From the human T2T-CHM13v2.0 reference genome, Homo sapiens: a stretch of 64,000 nucleotides of DNA. A program made the translations under genes and the position numbers. Under the pieces are notes generated by a model that was given only the letters and a program-made list of their open reading frames with translations, was not told the DNA's origin and ran no database searches. The stretch lies in assembly GCF_009914755.1 (NCBI RefSeq), contig NC_060930.1. One strand, 5' to 3'. This document shows positions 42,951 through 57,700 of the stretch, piece by piece. Positions within the stretch are counted from its first letter, which is position 1. Each line of letters begins with the position of its first letter.

Positions 42951-45214
42951 AATATTACTGTGTAATCATACCAGGGGGTACTTAGAGGTGGATTCTTTGC
43001 ATGCCGGATTCAAAGCCTTATCAGGCACAAATTCTACCAACCAAATTTCTACCAATTAATTACCTATTAGCTCATTTGTGAAGCATTTCCCCTCCCTATC
43101 CTTTCTGGTTTTTGACTCTTTCTAAATGACCATGCATATGAGGCCTCCAATCTCACAAAGCCTACATGCCTAGCTTCTGCCAAGCGTCACTCCATCTAAT
43201 GTCATTTGTCTCTATAGTAACCAACTAGAAAAGCTGCTATGCTTAGTAATGGCTTTGTACGAGCAGTGGTCTAGCCTAGAGATGTTTTAAAGATTTGAGT
43301 CCTCTCTACCGATTACTGTTTTTTTTCCTGGTATTAAAAAGTGAACCTCTGATGAATGAGAGCAGTAGAGGGTTAGAGAGAAAAGGATGGAATATATTAT
43401 AAAACATGAAGGAAGATGGACTGCAAGTAGAGACTTGAGTTCAAGAGGAAACGAGTTTAGAAAGACCTTGATTGATAAGAGGACTAAGAAGACACAGACA
43501 AAAAACTAGGTATAAGAAACAGAAAATAATTATTAGGCATTTCCCTTCAAAATGGTCAAAAACAACATAATGATATACACACCAAGAAACTGTCAATAAA
43601 TGTAATTACAGTGCTTCAGAAAGCTGACTGATGTAACCTATGGCTATGCAAAAGGTGTTTTACAGTATAGTCCAGCTATGGATAAGGGATCAGATATAGC
43701 TTATACCTTCAACAAACTTCTAACACAATGATGGGTAGAAAAGAACACAAAACAGTGAAACTTTTATTAATGACGTGGAGCAGAGAAGGGGAGAGGGTAC
43801 GCTATGTAACAGACATGGAAACCTTATAAAAAGTATAAGGATGCATTCCAGGATGTGTAGCTCCATCCCCCACACCTTCCAAGGGATGCCTTTTTCAACA
43901 GGAGGCTTGACATCTGTAGTACCCCGTGGGGAGCCTCCCCCAGCTTTGCCTTGGCTGGGTCTCTTTCTCTCTCCCAGTATACACCTGGACCAACCTCATT
44001 AATGGAGCTTTGTTCCTCAAGAGTTCATTAATCAAGTCATTACTGGAGTGTCCGCCAGCCTGTGGGTTCTTCCAGAAAATGATACCAATCTATTTTTTCT
44101 ACATACAAAGCCCACTTTAAAATTTACTTGACATGGTAGAGAGTACAAAGGTACTAGGACAGCCATCAGAGGAATGGGTTTCTGAGCAGCAGCATCCTCA
44201 TTTGTTATATGGGATGATATCTTACCCTCCTGCCATTCCTGTTTGTGAGGCTCAAAAACAGGTATTTTAAAGTTTTTTACAAATTGTCAAGAAAACATTT
44301 TTTCTTTTGCCTATTTTAACATAACTGGTTACAGGTGCATCTAACACTTTCTATTTCGCATCATACTTATTTGATTAGTTACCTTTCCTACTGAACCATA
44401 AGGTCTTTGTATGTCTTATCTTTGACTATTTCTCACAGAGCCTAGCATAAAAATTTCACATAACAAATGCTCTCTGTATGTATGTAATGAATTATTATTG
44501 AAATCATTATTGTACAATTTACTCCATTTAGAAATGTCTATGAACTCCATCAAATCTCTAGTCTATATTTATACAGAAAATTTTATTTAAAACTATCATT
44601 AAATTTTGACATCCTATTTCTAATAAATAAAAAGGAGCCTCTTAAACTAACTAAAGACCATATTAAAACAAGCCTTACATGAGGAATTTTTTTAAGTTGG
44701 TAATAATACAAATGAGAAGACAATTCAACACAGTGATTACCCGAGGTGGAAATCTAGATTTGAACAAAAGCTAGAGGTTAGTACTTCCATTCCTATGATA
44801 ACTTTTGCAGTAGACACGGGCTGACACTCAATTTAATTCCTAGTTCTAATATATTTTAATTTGGCACATTTTGATTTAATTCAATTTTAGTATATTTGAA
44901 TTCGCTCTTTCATCTTGTTTTGTGTATGACCTCAATTTGACTTCAAGTTTCACTTCTCTGTAGAGGAGTCTTGAATCCATGCAAGTAAGCTGCATCTTGT
45001 GTCTTCAGAATTCAAGCTATATGCCCAGTGGTATATACTTCCTCTGAAGAATGGCAACAGCACACCACTCCACATACGCCACACCCTTACTGGCATGGCT
45101 AAAGGACCACATCATTTCACCCACAGGAAGTGCTTGGGAACTGACCAATATTTGGATTCAGTAAGATTAGATGCTCAAATAAGCTTAATTCTGAGGGGAA
45201 AAATATCTTATAGC

Positions 45215-45586
45215 TATATTAGGTTGTTAGAGCTGCCATAACAAAATATCACTCACTGGGTGGCTTAAACAATAGAAATTTACTTTCTCACAGTTCTGGA
45301 AGCTAGAAATCCAAGATCAAGGTGTTGGCAGGTTTGGTTTATTCTAAAGCCTCTTTGCTTGGCTTGCAAATGGCCACCTTTTTGCTGTGTTTCCTCTGTG
45401 TGCGTGTGACCCTTGTGCTTCTCTGTAAATCTAAATTTCCCCTTGTGAGGACGCCAGCTAGATTAGATTAGGGCCCACCCCAATCACCTCATTTAACTTA
45501 ATCTCCAAATACAGTCACATTCTGAGGTACTAGGGATTAGTGCTTCAACATACGAATTTGGGGGAGACATAATTCAGTCTAAAACA
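45215..45586 (-). mobile_element. MLT1 (A-C-like) MaLR LTR
   Basis: gctgccataacaaaatatcac...ctcacagttctggaagctagaaatccaagatcaaggtg. Confidence 0.85.
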
Positions 45587-47898
45587 ACAACTAACTAGTT
45601 TCATGTATTTCTGCCCTAAGCACTAGTTTAGGCTTTGTTCTGTTCATCTTAGAGCCGATAAAATCTCTCTCAGCCATCCTTCCCCCAAGTAACCCATAGT
45701 GAGAAGTGATTGGGGGATTACATTCCATGCAGCCCTCCAAACATTATGTGGGACCCCCTTGGGTACTTAATAAAGACATTCACAGTGACCCATCTGTTGT
45801 ACAATTAGATGTTTGGGAGTCACCAAAGTTGTTCAGCAACAAGTCCTACTGATTGCCTCTGAAACCAGAGAGAGGCTTTCACAATTCTTTTTTTCCTACA
45901 GCATACCAGTTAAATTAGAAATATGCCAGGACATATCTGAGGAATCCTTTCGGTCTCTCCTGGAGTAAGGTAGTATCAATGGTGAGGAAACTATTGAACA
46001 AAGTGCTCAACGACCCTTTAGTATTTCTGACAAGCAATAATACAAGAGTTAAGACAGGAGAAGCCTGGAGCTAATTCTTGCAGCTTCCAGTGAAATGTTG
46101 GGGAGTTTTTTCTTCTTAAATACTGTTGCATATGATGTGTTAAACAAAAAATTTTAAAGAAAATAAGCCAAATTAGTGGCATTCAGGTAGATCTTCTCAG
46201 TCCTTCATGCTGCACATCCACCAAAAGTGAGTTTTACAACTAGTCTCATTGTAACACTTACGGTCAGACTGCAAAATGCACGTGATTTTAACAAGCATAA
46301 AATGTCGTTTTCATGAGACTGACTAGACTCTCCTCTTAAGAGTACCTGTAATAATCAGACAACTGCATACACCAGTCTCACAGGAGTTTTAATCTTCAAA
46401 TGGTCATTTTATCTTACATATACAGAGTGTCTTACAGCATACAGCAATTTCCACTTTATCTGCTAGTGTTAGGACCAGCACTAATAAGAATGAAGAGTAT
46501 GTTGTTTATCAGCCACAAAAATCTGTGTCTATCACCATGGTTTGACTCTTAATACTCTAATGTCACAAACAACTGGCTTGAAGAAGTGTTTTTTGGTAGG
46601 TCCTATATCTAACTGTTCAATCCACTGACAAAAAAAGGGAACTCTTCCCCACTCTAACCGGTTTTCCTAAATGTACGAGGGGTTGACATTAGCTGTCTCA
46701 CATTAACTTTCAAAAGACCATCAGATGAAAACGTTTCATCAAAAGCCACCTACTTAAGTATGAACAATGACCAAAGAATGACAAATCAAAATTCTGGGCA
46801 CTATACTAAGAGAAAACTCTTCCAGAACACATACTTAAGAATTAATTTTCTCTCTGAATTTGGCCAAGTTTGGTGGTTTCATTCACAACATTTAAGGAAA
46901 AAAATGATGGTTTATGGCTAGCAGATAATAAAACAAACCTTTATACCACTTACTAAATAGAAACGGTTTAGGCTCACAAATATGTTAAAGCTTTCTCTTT
47001 CCCCGCAATGGTAGCCAAGCAGCATAAACGAATCAACATTTCCTCAGTTCAGACCTCAACTGGTTACAGGCAAGCAAGGGCTCCTCAGAATTTGCTTTAC
47101 TAACGGTTTAGGTCAGAAATTTTTTTGAAGATCAAATGTCTTGCTATGTCTTTGTGTTCTTTTTCCCATCTCTATTACGTTTGTTGCCCTGTTGGTCTCC
47201 TAACACTTCCATTTTCTCCTTTTATGTTCCTGCTATGCTCTCCAAATGGCAGTAACCTGAAGTATAACTGATCACACCTCTTGTGATTTTTTTTTATTCT
47301 AGGACTTCCCAGATCTGGACTCCGAAGAAGACGCCCAGGTGCAAGCCCAAAGGTTACCTATTTAAATTTTCCAAGCACAGTGTGTAGAAAATCATTCCTC
47401 GCCCTTCATTTTGTGTTGCTTAACGGCGCTGTCGTGCCTAAACGTAGATACTGGCCAAGAGCTAGATTTCCAAAATGGCTTTGCTCCTTTCGAGCTGACA
47501 TCGGTCTATAACATGCAATTTATTTCCCCTGCAGCCAATCTTTCTCTCTACTCCAAATACTACCCGATACGCAGAAAGCTGAACCTAACCCAGTGTAAAC
47601 ACCGACTCTCATCTGCTAAATTCAGCAAGGCCGGCAAAGCTGTTGCACTGATGTAAAAAGAGCGTTAAATCAAAAAACCAAAAAAACAAAAAAAAAACAC
47701 AAAAAAACGCCAAAACACCCACACGAAGCCAACTGGAGGGGCGGGCGTCGGCCGGATCGCGCCCTCCCGCCGCAGCCACGCCTCCCCGCCGCGGCCACGC
47801 CCCCTCCGCCCCTCTCCGCGCCGCCGCCGGCGGCCTCCGCGCGGGCCTCCCAGCCCTTATTCCACTCACTTTGTTCTCCGCCTTTGTCCTAATCCACA

Positions 47899-47912
47899 CC
47901 AGCAGGTGGAGC
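47899..47912 (+). promoter_or_regulatory. Candidate CTCF site
   Basis: CCAGCAGGTGGAGC differs at one position from the core CCAGCAGGTGGCGC. Confidence 0.5.
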
Positions 47913-48256
47913 CGCAGTTAAAGTTTCCGAGTCCATTCCGGGAGCGGGAGCCCATCTTGCTGGCTGCCGAGGCCCTCGCTGGAGGAGGAGGGTCAGAACT
48001 CGGGTGCAGCCAATCGAGGGCAACGCTGCTACTTATCAGAGCAGAATGGGCTGTAGTTTAGTGAAATAGGAAAGCTGCAAAACACTGTGGAGTGCTCCCG
48101 TGTAAATAAAAAGAGGAAAAAAGTTTCTCAAGTCGCCGCTGCACGACGTCTGGCCGGCGCTGGAGCGGGGGTCTGCGCTCTCCCGAGCGGCCGCGCGCTG
48201 GACTTTATTGTGCCGCAACCAGCCCCAGTTCCCATTGTTTGTGTTTTTTTCAAAAT

Positions 48257-48365
48257 ATGGCAAAGGTTCAGGTGAACAATGTAGTGGTGCTGGATAACCC
48301 TTCTCCTTTCTACAACCCGTTCCAGTTCGAGATCACCTTCGAGTGCATCGAGGACCTGTCTGAAG
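48257..48365 (+). CDS. ASF1A: ASF1A coding exon 1 (109 bp)
   Basis: aaaatATGGCAAAGGTTCAG gives MAKVQVNNVVVLDNPSPFYNPFQFEITFECIEDLSE(D); donor AAG|GTGAGT at 48366. Confidence 0.98.
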
Positions 48366-51300
48366 GTGAGTGCGGCGCCCGTGCGCCCGGGCTGTCAGTT
48401 GCGGGCTGCAGACGTTGAAAGTTTCCCGGGCCGGGCCTCGCGCTGGGCGGCTGTGTTCGGCGCCTGGCGGCCGCGGGCTTCTCTGCGGAGGGAAACTTGA
48501 AGTTGATGGACGACGGCCGCCGAGGCGCGCGCGGCTTTCCGCCGCAGCCCAGGCGCCTGCCGGGCTCAACTTGCGAGGAACTTGTTTGAGCGGAGGAGCG
48601 GAGGTAGCCATGTTGTCAGCTTTGTCTGCGGGCGGGCAGCTCGGAGACCCGCACTCGCTCCCGCTGCGCCGCCTGAGGTCGCGCCGGGCTGGCTCCGCGC
48701 CGCCAACAGCCTCCGCGACCCTCCGGGCCCGAGCACGGAGGCTGGGAAGGGAGAGGCTGTGCGTGTGGTCGCGCCGGCGAGTTCGGAGCGGAGCCATCTT
48801 ACCCCGAGTCGAGAATTGGGCCAGCGACCCCGGCGCACGGCGCCTCCTCTTGCCCCGCCGCCCGCCTGCCCCCGGCGAAAGGCAGGCAGGCACTCTCGAG
48901 AGCTCACGGTGGAGTCGCCGCACTCTCCGGGCTGGCCATGCCTGGCCGCTTCGGGGAGGAGAGCGAGGCTGTCCTCGCGCTGATTTCTGGCTTCCTCGAC
49001 CAACCAGCGGGGGAGGCGGGCGCAGGCTCGGCCCCTCCGCGCCGCGGGCTGGGCGCCGGCGCTCCCCGGGGGCCGTGGGTCCTGTTCGGCCGGTCCTCCT
49101 CGGCCGGCGCCCGGGATGCGCCGGGATGCTGGCGCGCAGGCTCCCCAACCAACGTGGACTCCTTTCCCCTAATGACGAAAAGCTAATTTCAGGAAGAGAA
49201 ATAGAGCTGAGGTAGGAAGTTACATTTAACCTAAAAGCAGAAATAAGATACTTAAATAATTTCCAGGACTTAATCTCTGCCTTATAAATAGTCTGAAGGA
49301 AGACTTTCTTCAAGACCGTGTTGAAATCTAAAATAACTCCACATCCAAATACAGAACACACCCTAAACATAAAACACAAACGTAGGCTAGGAAATTAAGG
49401 TCAACTCCTCATGTCAGTCCAAGAATTCTTGGTATTTTTTCTACATATATTTTAAGGTCTTAAAAATACGTATTTTTAATATCTTTAGTAATAAATATTT
49501 AGAAAGCTAAAACGACAATTATCTTTGCTTTAATTATCTTTTACTAAAGTAATTCAGTGCTTCATTTGCCAGTTTTGAAGGGGAAATAGTTTAACTTCAT
49601 CGATGAGGGACATACTTTGAACTAGAAGTATATGTAAAAAATGCATTGAAGATGATTTAGGTAATCGTGGCATGTAAAACTTTTCATTTTAAAAACTAGT
49701 TTTTAATCTCTAAAATGTATATATCATATGTAAGGTTAATTTTAATTATAAAGCAATATATATTCATTGTAATAAACTTTTAGAAAGTTGTACAGGCATA
49801 TATAAAGTTAACAGTTCTCTGTACTCAGTGCCTTGCCCTATCTCCTTTCGGTAATCACAATTATTACTTTAACATGTGCCCCCGTTTTTTTTTTTTTTTT
49901 AAACCTATATAGAGCATAAATGCACATACATATATAGGGCAAATTTTGAAAGATGATTCATTTATTAAAATAATTTCAAATAGGCCATTGATAACACTAA
50001 GGGGTATTTTTCTTATTACTCTGAAGTCATTTGATTACTCTCCTATGATACTACTATTAATATAAGCATTGCAGCTACCAGGCCCATTTTTCACACCCAA
50101 CAGTAATTTTTTTTTTATTGCCAACTGCATATAAAAATAGACAAAAGAAAAACCATTGATCGGTCCATTCCAACTTATACCACACTGTTTTTCAGATATA
50201 CCACCAGAAGTTCTTCAAATTACAGGTATTTCTCAAGTGTTGCCTTCCATTTTAGGAGTCAGCTCTGAACAAAGAAGATAGATGACTCAGGATGTCGTTA
50301 CAGGGCTTTTACATTGCATAGATGAAACCAGCCATTCATAAAGCCAAAACGTTCCATTTTTAACTGGGATCCATTCAGAACCCAGCTGAATCACATCAGG
50401 GATTTACAGTACTGGTGTCAAAAACATACTTATTTCCAATGGTATATTTCACTTCCTAGGCACCATTACTGAGCATTTATTTAGTATTTTAAAAAATATT
50501 TTAAGCTGAGTCATACTGAAGCTGCAAAGGAATCTTTCAAAAAGGTGCCATGCCTGTATACTCCACCTAGAGGCTATGTGGATTAAGGAAATTTTTACTT
50601 AGCAAAGGCTTCTAATAAGTTCCATACTTTTATATTACAGTTCTTTTAAAAATTCTGTTCTTAAAATTAAACTATAGAATTTTTTTTTTTTAAATGAGAC
50701 AGTGTTGCTCTGGCACTCAGGCTGGATGGAGTACAGTGGTGCAAACACAGCTGCTCCCTGCAGCCTCAACCTGGGCTTAAGCAATCCTCCCACCTTAGCC
50801 TCCTGAATAGCTGGGACCATAGTCGATGTGCCACCACATTGGGCTAATTTTTTAATTTTTTGTAGAGACGGAGTTTTGCCATGTTGCCCAAGCTGGTCTC
50901 GAACCCCTGGGCTCAAGCAGTCCTCCCACCCCTGCCTCCCATAGTGTTGTGATTATAGTGAGCCCACTGCACCCAGCCCAAACTATAGAATATTTTGAAA
51001 AGAATTTTCTTAATAAGTTATTTTGCCTCAAGTCTCAAAGCAGAGTTTGGCCACCGTTTTTCATACTTTCATCAGTAGCCCCAAACGTTCACTTTCCTTT
51101 AAGAGCTGCCCTGTAGCTTTGCTTCAGAAAAAGCCTTGAGGAATATCTGGTCTTAAGATAATTTGGTTCTTTCTAATATAGGGCTTATATCAAGGGTTAA
51201 GACAGCCTGAGACCCTGGCTGGATGTGCTTGATGGTCACCAAGACTGTACAAGTTTTGATTGACCATCCTGCCATTCTTAAATTTATATATATATATATC

Positions 51301-52131
51301 TTAATTACAGCTACTGTCAATTGAATACTTATAATATACCAGAATTGAGCATGGTGCTTCATACTTTCCAACTTCAGCTTGTTCTAATTCCAAAGCCTAC
51401 ATACTTTCCACTAGACCACAGGTCTTCCCAAGTAGTGTAATTAGCTAAAAATTCTCTTGATGACTTCCCTCATTCACTCACTCTTTCACCACAAATGTAA
51501 ATACTTTCAGGCTGGGTAAATCATTTAATCATGATTACTGTGATTAAATAAAAGTTAACTTTAAAATAAATGAACAAATTTCTTCACCTGAGAACTTATG
51601 TAAAACATCTGACCTTACCCTTCCTCCCTCAAATACAGGGGGCAGAGGAATTAAATGAAAGCTGGGTTAAAAAAAAAAACAACAAAAAAACTGATGCCAA
51701 TGTATAAAAGGGTATTGAGCATGTAAAACTCAGCAACTGTAGCAAGCATCCCATAAACATAAAAATCAATGTACAAGTGTTCCCTGAGTTGCAGCCTGTT
51801 CTTGTTAAGGCTAGATTCTCTCTCCATCTCCTCTGCTCTCACTTCCCCTGCAAATAAATTCCCTTATTCCACTGCTAATTTCAGAGCTAGAAAGAATTTA
51901 TCTTCCCAGTTAGGTTTTCAGAAGAAGCCCGGGGTTTGTAGTTACAGAGGCATAGCTTGGATTCTGATTCTTTGATGTACAAATTATGAATTTGTGTAGA
52001 TTACTTAACCTCTCAGAGTCTCAAGTTATTTGCATAATGGGGATAATTTGATCTACATGATGAAGCTGTTGAGGTTTAAACAATAGGTATGAAGTAGAAC
52101 TAATGCCCAGTATATAGTAGGTATTTTCTAA

Positions 52132-53490
<1,359 letters not shown>

Positions 53491-54607
53491 AATAAAAAAG
53501 GAGCTTTCAGTTGATTGTAGTTTACAATACAATATAAATAAGCAGTACGTTACTATTTCTATTATCAATTTAGGGAACAAAAATATCTACAGTTACACAA
53601 AAATGGCCACACATGGTGGCACTAACTAGATTGTCATGAGTGACCCAGAAACTCACCCTTTGGGAGTGCTTGTGTAACAGTGTGTTGAATGCAAGAGGCA
53701 GGCCACACAGTGCAAAATACCCAAAGAAGATGAAGAGGTCTCTCAGAGATGGTTTGTATTACAAAGTTATCTTCTTCCTCAGCTAAACAGGAGACTCCTC
53801 CAAAGAGTTCTACTCATCTCTGGGTTCACTTCACAGAACACATTGTAAAACATGCTCAGTAAAATCCGCTATATTGAATTACATATAACGCCTTGAATTG
53901 CACCTGAATGTCTTTTCCTCCTGCCTATCTCCACTGTGTATACTCTATTGTATCACGTGGTGTAAAGATCTTGGTTTCCTCTGCCCAATTTAAAGAATGT
54001 ATGACACAGGGGGGTGCCGTAAGGGAAAAACCCTACCATTGTTCGTTGACAGTTGATGAGCTGAAGCCACTTACTTCTGAGCCATGAGGGAGGTTTTACT
54101 AATAATTTTTCTACTTTGGAGCTCTGTGATTATTTGGATCTCTGCAGCGTAGTATAGGGCTGCCCTTCCAAAGTGTGTTGAGAAGGGCCTTAAAAGATGA
54201 TATACAAAAAAAGGGGGATTCCATAGCCAAATAAATTTGGGAAGTGCTGGATTAATGTTACTGGTGTTCTTTACTGAAGGATATCTCAGAAAACTTACTG
54301 TGCCAGCATGCTTTATGAATCCTCAAGACAAGGTTTACAGCATTTCCCAAGTGTTTGGCTATGTTATCTTGTTTGTGAGGCACTGTCCAGGAACTAGTGT
54401 TTCACAAAAGAGTATTTTGAGAAACTCTGATCAAAGTGTGAACTCTGGTAGGAACTTTATAAGGAGCATTTCACTGCCTTTCTGGATTGCTATGAGAAGC
54501 CAATTTTAAAGCCAGTAAGTGGCTAAGTGGACATTAAAAGGGTCTTTGATGTCATCTGGTAATGTAATTACTGAATATGAAATAATGCTTTGGTTTTTTA
54601 ACCCTAG

Positions 54608-54723
54608 ACTTGGAATGGAAAATTATCTATGTGGGCTCTGCAGAAAGTGAAGAATACGATCAAGTTTTAGACTCTGTTTTAGTGGGTCCTGTTCCCGCAG
54701 GAAGGCATATGTTTGTATTTCAG
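54608..54723 (+). CDS. ASF1A: ASF1A coding exon 2 (116 bp)
   Basis: Acceptor ccctAG; (D)[38 protein letters not shown]; donor CAG|GTAAGA; phase matches exon 1. Confidence 0.98.
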
Positions 54724-57700
54724 GTAAGATTAATCTTGGTAAATGTGTATGCCAAATATGTTTCGAAGTAGACTATATTATCTATTATCTTATAACCCTT
54801 ATCCCTTTCCTTTTGGGTTAAAGAACTGCTTCTGCTGCATTCACTTTAAATCTGTTTCCATCATGTTTTAGGCAGTCTCTGTGTCACAGAGGAACTCTTA
54901 CTTCCTGGTTTTATATGCTGAGAGATGTTAATGTGACGTTTACTTTAGAGAGATGAACAACCTACAGTAAATTTTATACTGTATCATGGCACACAGGGTG
55001 GTGAATTTGGGGCTCTTCCTGTGAATAGCACCTCAGTATCAGACTTCCAAGGTGGCTGTCTAGCAACCCAAAACATGGATTCAAAATATCTAAAACTAAC
55101 TGGCATTGTTAGTAATATGCATCTTCAGTTTATGGTTTCAGCCACTGGAACTGATGGTGATGTAACAAAAACAACTTTATTTCAGCATAATCAGTAGTTG
55201 AGCTAGGTTAACAGATACGTTTAGTGGATAGAGATGTGTGGTCTTGGGTCATTGGAATGACATTCCAGAGTTTACTAAAGCATCTTATAATCTACATTAT
55301 CTTATAAGAGGACTACTTTTGCAAATTTACTACCCCACTAGGTATTTGTGAAGAGAATTTCTAGTAATAAAAATTTTGTTCTTAGATACCACTGAGAGTA
55401 TTTGGATCTATACCAAGGCTTCAGACATTGTCTTCTATATTCAAAAGTGTTATTTCTTTTAATCCATGTTAAATTGCTATATGGAACCATTCAGTTATTC
55501 CTCAATTATGCATGCTTATTTATAAGGGAGATGTTTGTAATAGACCAAAGAGTAACTAGCCATAGGTTTTTTAAAACTACTATTAATTTCTGTTACAAGT
55601 ATTTCAACCCAGCAATGTCCCATCAGTTAAGTGGAACTCACTGAAAAGACTTAATCCAGAAAGAAAATCTAACTCTTCCTATGCCTGACCTCTGTTTTCT
55701 CACTTCACAGATGGGACCAATTTAAATGAATACCATTGGTCAAATAATCCCATCAGAAACTGGCAAAGAATCACTTAGACACATGCCATCTCTAGAGCTG
55801 CTACCTTTCCCTCCCCTGTCCTAAATACAGAATTTAGAATCTTGGTTTCCTAGCCTTAGTACTTTTGATTAAAAAGCAACAAATAATTTACTGTATCTAA
55901 AGAAATAGCTAAGAAAAGCTCAAATATACTAATCAAATATATGAATTAAAAGTGCTGTTAATCAAAGTTGTGTGAGTGCATAACCATGTAAAAGACATGG
56001 GTAACAGAATGCCCTGTTCTGTAGAAGGAAGCACTGCAGTTATAGATATAGGTCAAATCCCGACACCTCTGTATTAGCCATGTGTGGCTTTACCTCTCTA
56101 ACCTCCTCCCTTAGTCATTCCAGTCTTCTATAAAATGTGGATAATATTCTATCTCATTAAAATGTTATGGGGAATAAAACAGTATAATCAGTCACTCATA
56201 AAGAGTGCCCTATTCCTAAAATTAGAACTACATTTTTATTCTCTTAACTTCTTGAAATTGTTATATAAAAAAGCAGGACTTGCTCTGACCCACAGGCCTA
56301 AGGAACCCATACTTTACTGATAATTCATGATACAGTAAAAGAAACCTGGGTTGACAGGTACTGATAATACTTTTTTTTTTTTTTTTTTTGGCTACTATAA
56401 GAACTTACAAATAAATGCCTTGTTATTGAAACAAACCCTTGAAAATCTTTTGTGTTTGTTATTAAGCATACTCCTAAGCTTTTGGCTGAAAGTGCTGTAG
56501 CAAAAAAAATGTATTCAAAAGTATTTCCTGCTGGTGATCTTCACGTAGTTTTACCTTGGTGTCAGTGTACATGTTGCCAAAAAGAACAGAGGAGGTACAA
56601 TGTATATTCAGCCTAAAGGTTTTACAGAATTCACCATTATCAACAGAAAGAGACTAAATTACAGCTTTTGTTTTGTATTTTAAAACTACTATAGTAATCT
56701 CTTGGTCTGCCATGATTTTGCCTCTCTAAATAGTTAAACATGTCTTTCTTCTGAGTGAGTCAAAGGCTAGCAGGAAGATGTCCAGACATCTGCCTAGTAT
56801 TGCCAGCTAGAGTCAAAACAAAGATCTCTGCTCATTACTTCTGCATCCTAAATTATTTGAAAGGCCTGTAAGCTTCTCTACTTAAATTTGCTCAAACTGA
56901 ATCTTTTTCAAATTGTAAAATGCTTTTTAAAAGATGTTTTATATTTACAACAGATTTTAAAACAGAAACATGCCTAGAACCAATTTACTGAAGGGAACCA
57001 ATTTACTGAAGGGAAGGGGAAGAGTTCTCATAGCAGTACTGAACTATTATATATTTCCCATCTCCACCCACTTCAGGTATATTAGAATCCGTTTGGGTAC
57101 ACTGAAAGTAATCTAACCCCTCTGTGCAGGGGTGTGTAGAATCTCTAAGACAAACAGCATATTCTCCAGGACAAGGCTGGCTGTCCCCTATCCTGGTGTC
57201 TTGCCAAGAGATCATAAACCCCTTCAGGGCAGGAACTGATTTACAAATGAATTCCAAAATACTAAGTGCTCAGAGCTGAGCCACACGAGATTATAAAGAT
57301 GAACTGGATGGGACTCCTGCCCTGGATAAAGCATAGCATCTAGAAGAGAAGACTGAAAAATAAACATGTTTAGATCACAGGGCATACGTTCTTAGATAAT
57401 TTGTGACAAGAAATATCAGCACATAAAAAAGGAATCTATTGATTCTACCTTCTGAGTTAGAAAGGGCGTCACTGAGAATACACTCGATGTAAGCTCCAAA
57501 AAAGATTAAAAGATGAATTTTTCAGGATGTGAGCGAAGGACCTTTCAGGCCAAGGGAACAGTATGTTAGAAGCACAGGGGGTGAAGTATTTCTTTTTTAA
57601 ATTTGTTTTTGTAGAGATGGGGTTTCGCCATGTGGCCCAGGATAATCTCAAATTCCTGGGCTCAAGTGATCCACCCACCTTAGCCTCCCAAAGTGCTAGG

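Larger units (their letters stand above)
47700..49160. promoter_or_regulatory. CpG island / ASF1A promoter, exon 1 and start of intron 1
   Basis: Abrupt switch to very high GC and CpG density in an AT-rich window; GC box GGGGCGGG at 47738-47745; CCAAT box AGCCAATCG at 48008-48016; A-rich tract upstream at 47655-47715. Confidence 0.92.

Noticed and set aside
43000-47600. Unique sequence upstream of ASF1A as a hidden gene or RNA gene
   Set aside because: No convincing ORF, exon chain, tRNA or snoRNA box pattern seen; it may hold enhancers, but that cannot be supported from sequence alone.
48333-49379. Long overlapping ORFs (348, 281, 145, 133 aa) as standalone genes
   Set aside because: Low-complexity R/P/G/A translations on both strands are typical of stop-poor CpG islands, with no recognisable domain. 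Only the splice-phase coincidence is kept as a hypothesis.
54165-54430. Possible old hAT-type MER and ORF 54237-54509
   Set aside because: Too decayed to name; the ORF has a non-ATG start and no recognisable homology.
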